Shown: piece by piece, positions 43,493-51,022 of the stretch
Layout of the letters: each line of letters opens with the position of its first letter
Numbering within the stretch: position 1 is the first letter of the stretch
Source: Patescibacteria group bacterium
GTDB lineage: Bacteria; Patescibacteriota; Patescibacteriia; Patescibacteriales; UBA12465
Assembly (NCBI GenBank): GCA_041665845.1
Contig: JBAYIC010000005.1
Coordinates: 6,047-70,046 of the forward strand
Length of the DNA: 64,000 nt
Direction of reading: 5' to 3'
Notes under the pieces: generated by a model
What the model was told of the DNA's origin: nothing
Database searches by the model: none
What the model saw: only the letters and a program-made list of their open reading frames with translations
Position numbers and translations under genes: made by a program

Positions 43493-44356
43493 ATGAATTT
43501 AGCACTTATTTTAGCCTTTGGAGCCATGTTGTGTTGGGGAATTGGCGATTTTTTAATTCAGAGAACTGTTAAAAAAATCGGGGTGCTGGAAACTCTAGCC
43601 TGGATTACCGGTAGTAGCGCGGTAATAATGATTCCCATTATTATTTATAGGGGGATAGCCTTAAGCCCCAACGATATTCTTTTGCTAACACTTTTGGGGG
43701 CGTTAACCTTTGTTAGCGGGATGTTAGACTTTAAAGCTCTTTCTATTGGTAAATTATCGGTGATGGAAACTATCATGGCGATTGAGCTACCACTTACTAT
43801 CATGCTTGGCGTAATTGCTTTTAATGAGAGCTTGAGCGGCGGACAATGGTTATTAGTATTAATGATTTTTATCGGTATAATTTTAGTATCAGTTAATTTT
43901 AAAAACTTACATCATCGTGATTTTCTAGAAAAAGGTTCCATACTCGCTATAATTTCTGGAATAGTATTTGCCCTTGTTAATTTCTTCTCCGCTAGCTTAG
44001 CTAAGACAATCGACCCAATGATAGCTATCTGGTTTCCTTGGCTAGCTTGCGGCACACTTTGTATTATCTATATTTCCCGTTTTAAGAAGCGGCATTTTAG
44101 ACAATTTGTTAAAAATAGTTACAATCATTGGAAACTAATTGCTCTGGTTTCCTTGGTTGATTTAGCGGCTTGGTTATTTTATGCTTTTGCTGTAGAAAAA
44201 GAGGAGTTATCAATCACTATCGCTATTACCGAAAGCTATATCGTTATTGCTCTAATTCTTGGAGTTATTATTAATAAAGAAAAAATCCGCCCTTTACAAT
44301 ATTTAGGGGCGGCCTTAGCTATTATCGGCAGTATTGTTATTGGAATTATTAGCTAA
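43493..44356 (+). CDS. EamA/DMT-superfamily transporter
   Basis: 287 aa, 10 TM helices in two similar halves. Confidence 0.6.
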   Translation: MNLALILAFGAMLCWGIGDFLIQRTVKKIGVLETLAWITGSSAVIMIPIIIYRGIALSPNDILLLTLLGALTFVSGMLDFKALSIGKLSVMETIMAIELPLTIMLGVIAFNESLSGGQWLLVLMIFIGIILVSVNFKNLHHRDFLEKGSILAIISGIVFALVNFFSASLAKTIDPMIAIWFPWLACGTLCIIYISRFKKRHFRQFVKNSYNHWKLIALVSLVDLAAWLFYAFAVEKEELSITIAITESYIVIALILGVIINKEKIRPLQYLGAALAIIGSIVIGIIS

Positions 44357-44375
44357 AGATAATGTTTTTTTAAAA

Positions 44376-44781
44376 AATAAAAAACCCCAGCAACTAGAGT
44401 TTTCTCCGAAGGGTGATACTCCCTTAGGAAGGATTAATTAATCCTTTTAAAAACTTGTTGCTGAGGTTTGAATCGCATGTGCGCTTTAATTTTGCTTTGA
44501 GAGACGATGGAATCGTAACGTTGGGAGCTTGTGTAGCAGGAGGTCTTATCCGAAGATGTGGTCCAGTAGGGACAAAGCTCACCAGGAGTTAACAGTTTTT
44601 TTCGATCATCATTTTCTCAACTTGCGCTTTAAGTCAACCGCGTGATTCTTCAGAGGCAGTTGTGCGATTTTTTTGTCGTGTTAGCGACAGCCCTTGAATC
44701 GGGACTTAACAAAAAACCCACGATGTAGAACAATGATTTTAAAAAAAATTTAAATTAACAATAAAACATCATTAAAATCAA
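44376..44781 (-). ncRNA. candidate structured non-coding RNA of about 400 nt (class unknown)
   Basis: GC-elevated ORF-free region. On the minus strand an 82-nt terminal element (CCTCAGCAAC ... GTTGCTGGGG, 44466-44385) encloses an 18-nt palindrome AAGGATTAATTAATCCTT and is followed by TTTTTTATTTTTT. A possible extended -10 (TGCTAATAT) lies at about 44796-44788. Strand and ends are uncertain. Confidence 0.35.
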
Positions 44782-44809
44782 TACAAGCATATTAGCACTG
44801 GTATTTTGA

Positions 44810-46018
44810 ATGTCAATAAAACTTATGCACAGCTATAATGAAAAGCTGAAAGCTCGTCTTAAAGAAATCCCTAAAAAACCGGGGGTTTATTTTTGGTTGG
44901 ATAAAAAGGGAACGGTTTTATATGTCGGACGAGCAACTAGCCTCAAAGCGAGACTAAGCCAATATTTTCAAAAAGACATAGAACCCAGAATCGCTGAGAT
45001 GGTCGCTTCCGCTTGTGATTTAAAATATGAAGAAACTGAAACCTTGCTCGATGCGATAATTTTAGAAGCGCAAAATATTAAAAAATACTGGCCTAAATAT
45101 AATGTTAGAGATAGAGATAATCGTTCTTTTATTTATGTCGTGATTTCTAAAAAAGCATTCACCCGTCCAATAATTATTCGCGGTCATGAGTTAAATAAAT
45201 TTCCAGCAGGAACTGCAAAAATATTTGGCCCTTATCAATCATATTTTTTACTGCAAAATGCCTTACGCTTAATCCGTCGTGTTTTTCCTTATGGTAATTG
45301 CCAAGCGGGAAGCGGTAAGGCTTGTTTTGATTATCAAATCGGCTTATGTCCCGGTGCTTGTGCGGGGAAAATAGGCGCACTAGATTATAAAAAAAATATT
45401 GATAATATTTGTTTACTACTTGCGGGAGAAAAAAAACGTTTGATTATAAAACTCATGAAAGATAATCCCGATAAAATTAAAGCGTTAAAACATATTCAAG
45501 ACGTTTCGCTTTTAACTAGAGAAGGAGATTTAAAGGAACAAAAAATTAGTCGCCTGGAAGGCTATGACATATCGCATCACGCTGGTAAAGAAAGCTATGG
45601 TTCGATGGTTGTTTTTGAAAATGGGGAAGCAAATACCTCTGAATACAGATTATTTAAAATTAAAGACGCGCCGGCCGGAGATGACGAAAGAGCGTTACTC
45701 GAAGTTCTCTTGCGCCGCTTTAAACATATTGAATGGTTACTCCCTGATTTAATTATGATAGATGGCGGTTCACCGCAAATCAGTTTTTTATCGCGCGAAC
45801 TAGCGCTTAATAATATCAACATTCCTCTAGTCGGAATTTCTAAATTCGGGGGTGATACTTTAGTCTTTACCGCTAAAACTAAAAAAGAACAAAGACTGCT
45901 CGCAGAAAATATTAAACCGACCTTATTGAAATTGCGCGAAGAAGCGCATCGTTTTGCTAATCGGGGACGGAAAGCGGGGGCAAAAATTATCAGGCGGCCC
46001 AATAAAAGAGAGGGGTAA
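44810..46018 (+). CDS. uvrC: excinuclease ABC subunit C, compact form (no UVR domain, no C-terminal HhH2)
   Basis: 402 aa. GIY-YIG (GVYFWLDKKGTVLYVGRATSLKARLSQYF) and an Endo-V-like domain (LEGYDISH .. PDLIMIDGG .. LREEAHRFA). The ORF stops shortly after. Confidence 0.85.
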   Translation: MSIKLMHSYNEKLKARLKEIPKKPGVYFWLDKKGTVLYVGRATSLKARLSQYFQKDIEPRIAEMVASACDLKYEETETLLDAIILEAQNIKKYWPKYNVRDRDNRSFIYVVISKKAFTRPIIIRGHELNKFPAGTAKIFGPYQSYFLLQNALRLIRRVFPYGNCQAGSGKACFDYQIGLCPGACAGKIGALDYKKNIDNICLLLAGEKKRLIIKLMKDNPDKIKALKHIQDVSLLTREGDLKEQKISRLEGYDISHHAGKESYGSMVVFENGEANTSEYRLFKIKDAPAGDDERALLEVLLRRFKHIEWLLPDLIMIDGGSPQISFLSRELALNNINIPLVGISKFGGDTLVFTAKTKKEQRLLAENIKPTLLKLREEAHRFANRGRKAGAKIIRRPNKREG

Positions 46019-46052
46019 ATGAGAAGAGGGGGATAGTATAAAACTTTTAAGG

Positions 46053-46075
46053 TTTTCTGAAAATCGGACAACTGA
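46053..46075 (+). repeat. dispersed repeat copy c1, forward
   Basis: TTTTCTGAAAATCGGACAACTGA, 35 nt after the uvrC stop codon. Confidence 0.85.
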
Positions 46076-46116
46076 AATTATAAATTCGTTTTTATTGATA
46101 TTTTATCGGCATTTTC

Positions 46117-46139
46117 TCAGTTGTCCGATTTCTGAAAAA
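46117..46139 (-). repeat. dispersed repeat copy c2, reverse (inverted partner of c1)
   Basis: Plus strand TCAGTTGTCCGATTTCTGAAAAA is the reverse complement of TTTTTCAGAAATCGGACAACTGA. It lies 41 nt from c1. Confidence 0.85.
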
Positions 46140-46300
46140 TGACAAAAAACAATGTATGTGTCTCGGACCATCAAAGAAATCGAATTCTTAAAGAAAAAAG
46201 CCGCCCCAGTAATTGGAACGGCTTCGGAAAATAAGTACAGGCATAACCGATAAATACCGGTTATATTTTTAAACTAAGGCTTGATTTTAATTTCGAATTT

Positions 46301-47017
46301 TTAGGCTTCCGCTTTTTCACTAATAACGTGATGTAAAAAGTCAGGAAGCTTATCAAAGTCAACAATTCTACAAGGCGGAACTCCAGCTTCAAGAAACTCT
46401 TCGCGCGTATTCGCGCCAGAAACAACGCCAATAAATTCAAGTTTTGGATTGCGGTCTTGCGTCGCGGCGAAATCAGCATCAACTGTATCACCGATGTAAA
46501 CCATTTCTTCAGGGCTAACGCCATAAGCTTTTGCCCAATTAATAAATGGATTGAATACCCGACCGTCTGGTTTATGATGATTAAAATGGTCAGCCGTTTG
46601 AATCTGATGAAATATTTTTAAACTCAAACCGACTTTAGCGGCGATAGTCATAAAACTTTCATTAGTACGACTGGTAATTAAACCGACATAGCAGTTGAAC
46701 AATCTTAGATTTAATAATGCTTCCATTATTTCACGTTTTAATTGATAGGGCATCTGAGCGTTAACTTCCGAATCCATTGTCTGAAAAAGCTTTTTTTGTT
46801 CATCAGTGGCGCCGACTTCAAGGCAAATAAAATCAATTAAGTCGACTAATTTCATTCCCCGATTTTTTCTTAATAGTTCAGAAGAAACTGAGGGAAGACC
46901 TAATCGACCCAAAATGATATTAAATCTTTCAATGCACAGCTTCGTGCTATCAACTAAGACGCCGTCAAAGTCAAATACAAAAAATTTAATTCCGGTAAGA
47001 CATCTTTTACTTTCCAT
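46301..47017 (-). CDS. HAD-superfamily hydrolase (phosphatase, subfamily IA-like)
   Basis: 238 aa. Motif I FDFDGVLVDS, motif II ITSR, motif IV GDTVDAD. Confidence 0.8.
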   Translation of the reverse strand: MESKRCLTGIKFFVFDFDGVLVDSTKLCIERFNIILGRLGLPSVSSELLRKNRGMKLVDLIDFICLEVGATDEQKKLFQTMDSEVNAQMPYQLKREIMEALLNLRLFNCYVGLITSRTNESFMTIAAKVGLSLKIFHQIQTADHFNHHKPDGRVFNPFINWAKAYGVSPEEMVYIGDTVDADFAATQDRNPKLEFIGVVSGANTREEFLEAGVPPCRIVDFDKLPDFLHHVISEKAEA

Positions 47018-47115
47018 GATCTGATTTATATAGTGAATATTAATTTTTTTAAAGAACGCATTAATCGAATTTAACCTAAAAAATAGGGCGTGTCAAGCTA
47101 CACGCCAATACAGTC

Positions 47116-47143
47116 TTGACAAATCATCAGCATCTGCTAATAT
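47116..47143 (+). promoter_or_regulatory. sigma-70 promoter of the rplJL operon
   Basis: TTGACA (47116-47121), 16-nt spacer, TGcTAATAT extended -10 (47135-47143). Confidence 0.65.
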
Positions 47144-47149
47144 AGACAC

Positions 47150-47269
47150 ATAACAAAAGATACCACAGACAGCAAGTAAGCGCTTCTTTAAGCGAACGTA
47201 AATCTTGCCGAGGTAACATCCGCTTTAGAGCGCGTTTTTACATCTGTGGTAACACAGTTTTTTTATTAT
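47150..47269 (+). promoter_or_regulatory. ribosomal protein L10 leader with terminator/antiterminator alternative
   Basis: CCACAGA (47163-47169) can pair with TCTGTGG (47243-47249). That pairing competes with the terminator CTGTG-GTAA-CACAG plus T7 (47244-47264), which ends 5 nt before the rplJ ATG. The position is classical for L10(L12)4 autoregulation. Confidence 0.6.
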
Positions 47270-47800
47270 ATGCCAAAAAATAAGATTCAAAAACAAGAGA
47301 TTTTACGTACTTTAGGCGAAAAAATCAAGAAGTCAAAATCAGTTGTCTTCGCCGGTTTTAACGCTTTCGGCGTAAAAGATAACGAAAATTTACGTGCTAA
47401 ATTAAGAGCAGAGAATAGCGAATACTACGTTGCTAAAAAAACCTTAATGAATATTGCTTTTAAAGATAGCAATATTGAAAGCTTAAATGCTAGAGGTTAC
47501 GACGGTAAAATCGCCGCGATTTTCTCTTATGAAGATGAAATTGCTCCTGCTAAAATCTTGGGGGATTTTCGTAAGGATAAAGAAAAGGAAGCAAAAATAT
47601 TCTTCTTAGGCGGAATTTTAGAAAATAAGCTTTTATCCAAAGAACAGGTTGAAGCTTTAGCTAAGTTACCAAGCAAGCAAGAATTATACGCTAAACTCGT
47701 TGGTTCAATGAATGCGCCTATTTCCGGCTTTGTTAATGTTCTAGCCGGTAACTTACGTAATTTTGTCGGTGTTCTAAAAGCAATTAGCGAAAAGAAATAA
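47270..47800 (+). CDS. rplJ: 50S ribosomal protein L10
   Basis: The track ORF begins at GTG 47246 inside the attenuator; ATG 47270 (MPKNKIQKQE..) is preferred. L10 family pattern, directly upstream of rplL. Confidence 0.9.
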   Translation: MPKNKIQKQEILRTLGEKIKKSKSVVFAGFNAFGVKDNENLRAKLRAENSEYYVAKKTLMNIAFKDSNIESLNARGYDGKIAAIFSYEDEIAPAKILGDFRKDKEKEAKIFFLGGILENKLLSKEQVEALAKLPSKQELYAKLVGSMNAPISGFVNVLAGNLRNFVGVLKAISEKK

Positions 47801-47840
47801 AAAATACTAATTAAAATATAAATAAATTAATTTTAAAACT

Positions 47841-48239
47841 ATGAGTGAAGAAAAAAAGGACGTAGTTGTCCCAGAAAAATTTCAAAAACTAGTTAGTGAA
47901 ATCGAAAAAATGAGTGTTCTAGATTTAGCTGAATTAGTTTCAATCTTAGAAGATAAGTTTGGAGTTTCTGCATCTGCTCCAGCCATGATGATGGCTCCAG
48001 CCGCTGCCGGTGCCGCTGTTGAAGAAAAAGATAGCTTTGATATCGAACTAACTGAAGCTGGTGCTAATAAAATTGCTGTTATTAAGGTTGTTCGTGAATT
48101 AACAGAAATGGGTCTTAAAGAAGCTAAAGATTTAGTTGATGGCGCTCCTAAAGTTCTAAAAGAAGGCGTTAAAAAAGAGGAAGCTAACGTTATCAAAAAG
48201 AAATTAGAAGATGCTGGAGGAAAGGTAACTTTAAAGTAA
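47841..48239 (+). CDS. rplL: 50S ribosomal protein L7/L12
   Basis: 132 aa. Ala-rich hinge and C-terminal domain [34 protein letters not shown]. Confidence 0.95.
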   Translation: MSEEKKDVVVPEKFQKLVSEIEKMSVLDLAELVSILEDKFGVSASAPAMMMAPAAAGAAVEEKDSFDIELTEAGANKIAVIKVVRELTEMGLKEAKDLVDGAPKVLKEGVKKEEANVIKKKLEDAGGKVTLK

Positions 48240-48263
48240 TTAAATAATAAAGTTTCTCAAGAT

Positions 48264-48296
48264 AAAAAAGCCGTCCTAAAAAGGGCGGTTTTTTGT
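48264..48296 (+). terminator. intrinsic terminator after rplL
   Basis: AAAAAGCCGTCC-TAAAAA-GGGCGGTTTTTT. Confidence 0.75.
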
Positions 48297-48340
48297 TGGT
48301 GAAAACTTATAGAGCTTATAATGGTTATCGTTTAGGCAAT

Positions 48341-48361
48341 TTTCAAAAATCGGACAACTCA
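48341..48361 (+). repeat. dispersed repeat copy d, forward
   Basis: TTTCAAAAATCGGACAACTCA, located between the rplL terminator and the promoter of the 814-aa gene. Confidence 0.85.
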
Positions 48362-48380
48362 ATGATAATTTCGCTATATA

Positions 48381-48409
48381 TTGACAAATTCACAAAAATA
48401 TACTACAAT
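48381..48409 (+). promoter_or_regulatory. sigma-70 promoter upstream of the 814-aa gene
   Basis: TTGACA (48381-48386), 17-nt spacer, TACAAT (48404-48409). Confidence 0.6.
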
Positions 48410-48493
48410 ACAAAGAACAAAAATTTTTAATTTTTCCCTAATAATGATATAATCCAATTAGAAAATAGGATTTTCAATTTTTTAAACAAAAAT

Positions 48494-50938
48494 ATGTCTT
48501 CACAAGAAATGTCTTTACTAGAAAACATCAAACAAAAAAGAGCCGCAAAAATTCAACTCGAACAAGAAAAGAAAGTTCAAGAAAAGAAACAATCTCTAGA
48601 TCAGATAACCAATAATATTACTGCTCTTCAAGAAAAGAAACAAAGGATTAAAGATTTAAGTGGGTCTTTACGTGAAAATTACAAAACTGGCGCAGAAAAA
48701 GCGACTGATTTTAAAAATCAAAAAGATACTTTAAAAAAAGTTTACGAAAATAATCAGGATCTTTTTGAAGACGAAGGAATTACCAATTTTGAAGGAATGC
48801 TCGAAGCTAAAGCTCAAGCCAAGGAAGTAAAAAAACTGCGAGCAACCGGTGGACGCGGTTCAGCCAAGCGCCCTCTAACTGACGAAGAACGCGCAGAGGT
48901 AGGGCGTGTAGAAAGTGATAGCGTAAGAATAACAACCGATGCGGCCGGAGATACTGGCGAACTATACAAAAAAGTTGAAACTATACAACAGATAAGTGCC
49001 TCTCTACGAGAAGAGATGGGGATAAAAAATAAAAAAGATCTTAATTTTTCAGCTACAAAAATCAACAAAGGAGAAGAAGGTGAAATGAGCAATCGAGAAG
49101 CTAATTTTATCCAAATTGAAGAATATTTAAAAAATTTAGATAAAGAATTAATAGAACTAGAGGCGGCTAAAAAAACTGCTTACTTAGAAACACCAGAAGG
49201 AAAACGCGAAGCGCTTTTCAAAATAGATAACCCTGAATATCAAGTTAAACCGGTTGACTTCAATAACATCACTCATTTCTATTTTAAATCAGAAACCCTA
49301 GAGTTATCAGAAAAAATTGGCGCCGAACCGATTAAAGAAGTTTATACTGAAGCGCTCAGCAAAAGATTAACAGAAATAGCTTGGGAAAATAAACATCAAT
49401 ATGACCATAGAAATCCTGATGCCGAAGGCGAGGAGCAAAGAGCTATTAAGGCTTATCCGGCCTTAAAGAAGATTGATGAGCTCAGTTATGATCGCACGGA
49501 TTTAAAGAAATTCAATGAATTATATACCGAAACTTTAAATCATTTAGAAAAAATTCTGCAAGAAAATGAAAAAACCGTTAACTGGCTTACTAATTATGGA
49601 TTATCAATATCAAGAGGAAGAAATAATGAAACTGAAAAAAGAAGGAATGAAGGTTGGAGTGATGAACGCATCTTAGCCAATAATTATATAGGCCATATAG
49701 AAGAGCTGGTAGAGGGCCTAGGACATCACGGCGATCTCATTGAAATTTTAGCAAAAAACAAGGATGTTTCCAGAGGGAATATTTATTCTTCAGAATATGT
49801 TCATGCTAAGTTTGAAAGATATAATAAATTCTTAGAATATATAAAAAATAATACCGACTCGAGCACAGAATTTCTTAGAGACCGTTCTTCAAGTCAAGGA
49901 ACCGATTTGCTGTCGAGGGTCGGATATAATAAAGAACTGCGTCAAGAAATTGGCCTTAATGAAAAATTACCGCAACAATATTTAGAGCTTCCCAGTGAGT
50001 TTATTAGCAGAAGCGGGGGCTTTGATACAGCTCTAAACAAAGCTCGCAACGCCAGTGAAACCTGGGAAGCAGATAAAAAGCAAATTGCTGAAATAAGTAA
50101 AGCGGCGGTTGAGCTTAAATTTGCTCAAGAATGGGAAAGATATTTTAGCCAAAAAAATAAAGGATTTTTGGAGGATATTAATTATAATGAAAACTTAATC
50201 AAGCAAATTGAGCAGGCGCTTAATTTTATTAGAACTAGCGATTTATTGAAAGATCCCGATTTTGCTAAACGAGAAATAAAATTATACAGAAATACTAGCG
50301 GCTATCAGGAAAATAGAATAATTGAGGATGTAAGCGCTGAGGGTTCATATGAAATCCGTAAAGAAGGGAATAAAATAGATGAAGAAATTAAAATCTACGC
50401 GGATAACAGAAAAAATAAGATAGAAACAGAACAACTCAGATTAAAGAATGCGATGTGGATTAATCGTTTAAGCGAAAAATTAGAAAATTTAAGAGTACAG
50501 TTGGATACATTCAATCATTTCGCTAAGGGCATTAAAATTGAAGAAGCTAATGCTCTAAAATATGGGGTTACCCCAGAAGAAATAGCAGTAATGAAAGAGT
50601 ATCGTAAACGAAAAACCGAAAACGAAGAAGCTTATACTAAATTTACTGGTATTAGTACAAAATTCGCTGGAGCAACCAGTAAAAGCAATATCTACATTGA
50701 TTTTAAGGCCGGTAAAGATATTCTAGACGGTCAAAGAATGACTATCGAAGAATTACCAATACGTTTAGAAGCAAGGCTTGATGAATTAAAAAGAGCAAAA
50801 GCTAATCTATCTGAACCAGAACTAGCTATTATTTCCGAGAGCGCACGAGCACTTGAAGCGATTGATATAAATTCTAATAAATATCCGAAAGTAGTTGCAA
50901 ATAATATGGATGTTATGAATAGGAATAAAAGACGTTAA
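48494..50938 (+). CDS. large K/E-rich coiled-coil hypothetical protein (814 aa)
   Basis: Long ORF with coding-like composition. No TM segment, signal peptide, P-loop or other catalytic motif recognised. Confidence 0.7.
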   Translation: MSSQEMSLLENIKQKRAAKIQLEQEKKVQEKKQSLDQITNNITALQEKKQRIKDLSGSLRENYKTGAEKATDFKNQKDTLKKVYENNQDLFEDEGITNFEGMLEAKAQAKEVKKLRATGGRGSAKRPLTDEERAEVGRVESDSVRITTDAAGDTGELYKKVETIQQISASLREEMGIKNKKDLNFSATKINKGEEGEMSNREANFIQIEEYLKNLDKELIELEAAKKTAYLETPEGKREALFKIDNPEYQVKPVDFNNITHFYFKSETLELSEKIGAEPIKEVYTEALSKRLTEIAWENKHQYDHRNPDAEGEEQRAIKAYPALKKIDELSYDRTDLKKFNELYTETLNHLEKILQENEKTVNWLTNYGLSISRGRNNETEKRRNEGWSDERILANNYIGHIEELVEGLGHHGDLIEILAKNKDVSRGNIYSSEYVHAKFERYNKFLEYIKNNTDSSTEFLRDRSSSQGTDLLSRVGYNKELRQEIGLNEKLPQQYLELPSEFISRSGGFDTALNKARNASETWEADKKQIAEISKAAVELKFAQEWERYFSQKNKGFLEDINYNENLIKQIEQALNFIRTSDLLKDPDFAKREIKLYRNTSGYQENRIIEDVSAEGSYEIRKEGNKIDEEIKIYADNRKNKIETEQLRLKNAMWINRLSEKLENLRVQLDTFNHFAKGIKIEEANALKYGVTPEEIAVMKEYRKRKTENEEAYTKFTGISTKFAGATSKSNIYIDFKAGKDILDGQRMTIEELPIRLEARLDELKRAKANLSEPELAIISESARALEAIDINSNKYPKVVANNMDVMNRNKRR

Positions 50939-50952
50939 CAACATAGATATAA

Positions 50953-50986
50953 CAAAAAGGCTATCTGATTTAGATAGTCTTTTTTG
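50953..50986. terminator. bidirectional terminator between convergent large genes
   Basis: AGGCTATCT-GATTT-AGATAGTCT flanked by an A-run and a T-run. Confidence 0.7.
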
Positions 50987-51022
50987 TATATCATTTAAAA
51001 CCAAATTATATTATAGCGTATA

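Noticed and set aside
44376-44781. RNase P RNA or tmRNA identity for this region
   Set aside because: UUAAGUCCCGAUUCAAGGGC weakly resembles the P4/P5 region and GAUUCAAGGG weakly resembles the tmRNA GGAUUCGAC box. The complementary 3' strands, the T arm, the CCA-proximal acceptor and the tag ORF are all absent.
46139-46234. 31-aa ORF (MTKNNVCVSDHQRNRILKEKSRPSNWNGFGK) next to repeat copy c2
   Set aside because: It has no RBS, overlaps the minus-strand hairpin downstream of the HAD gene, and its composition is not protein-like.
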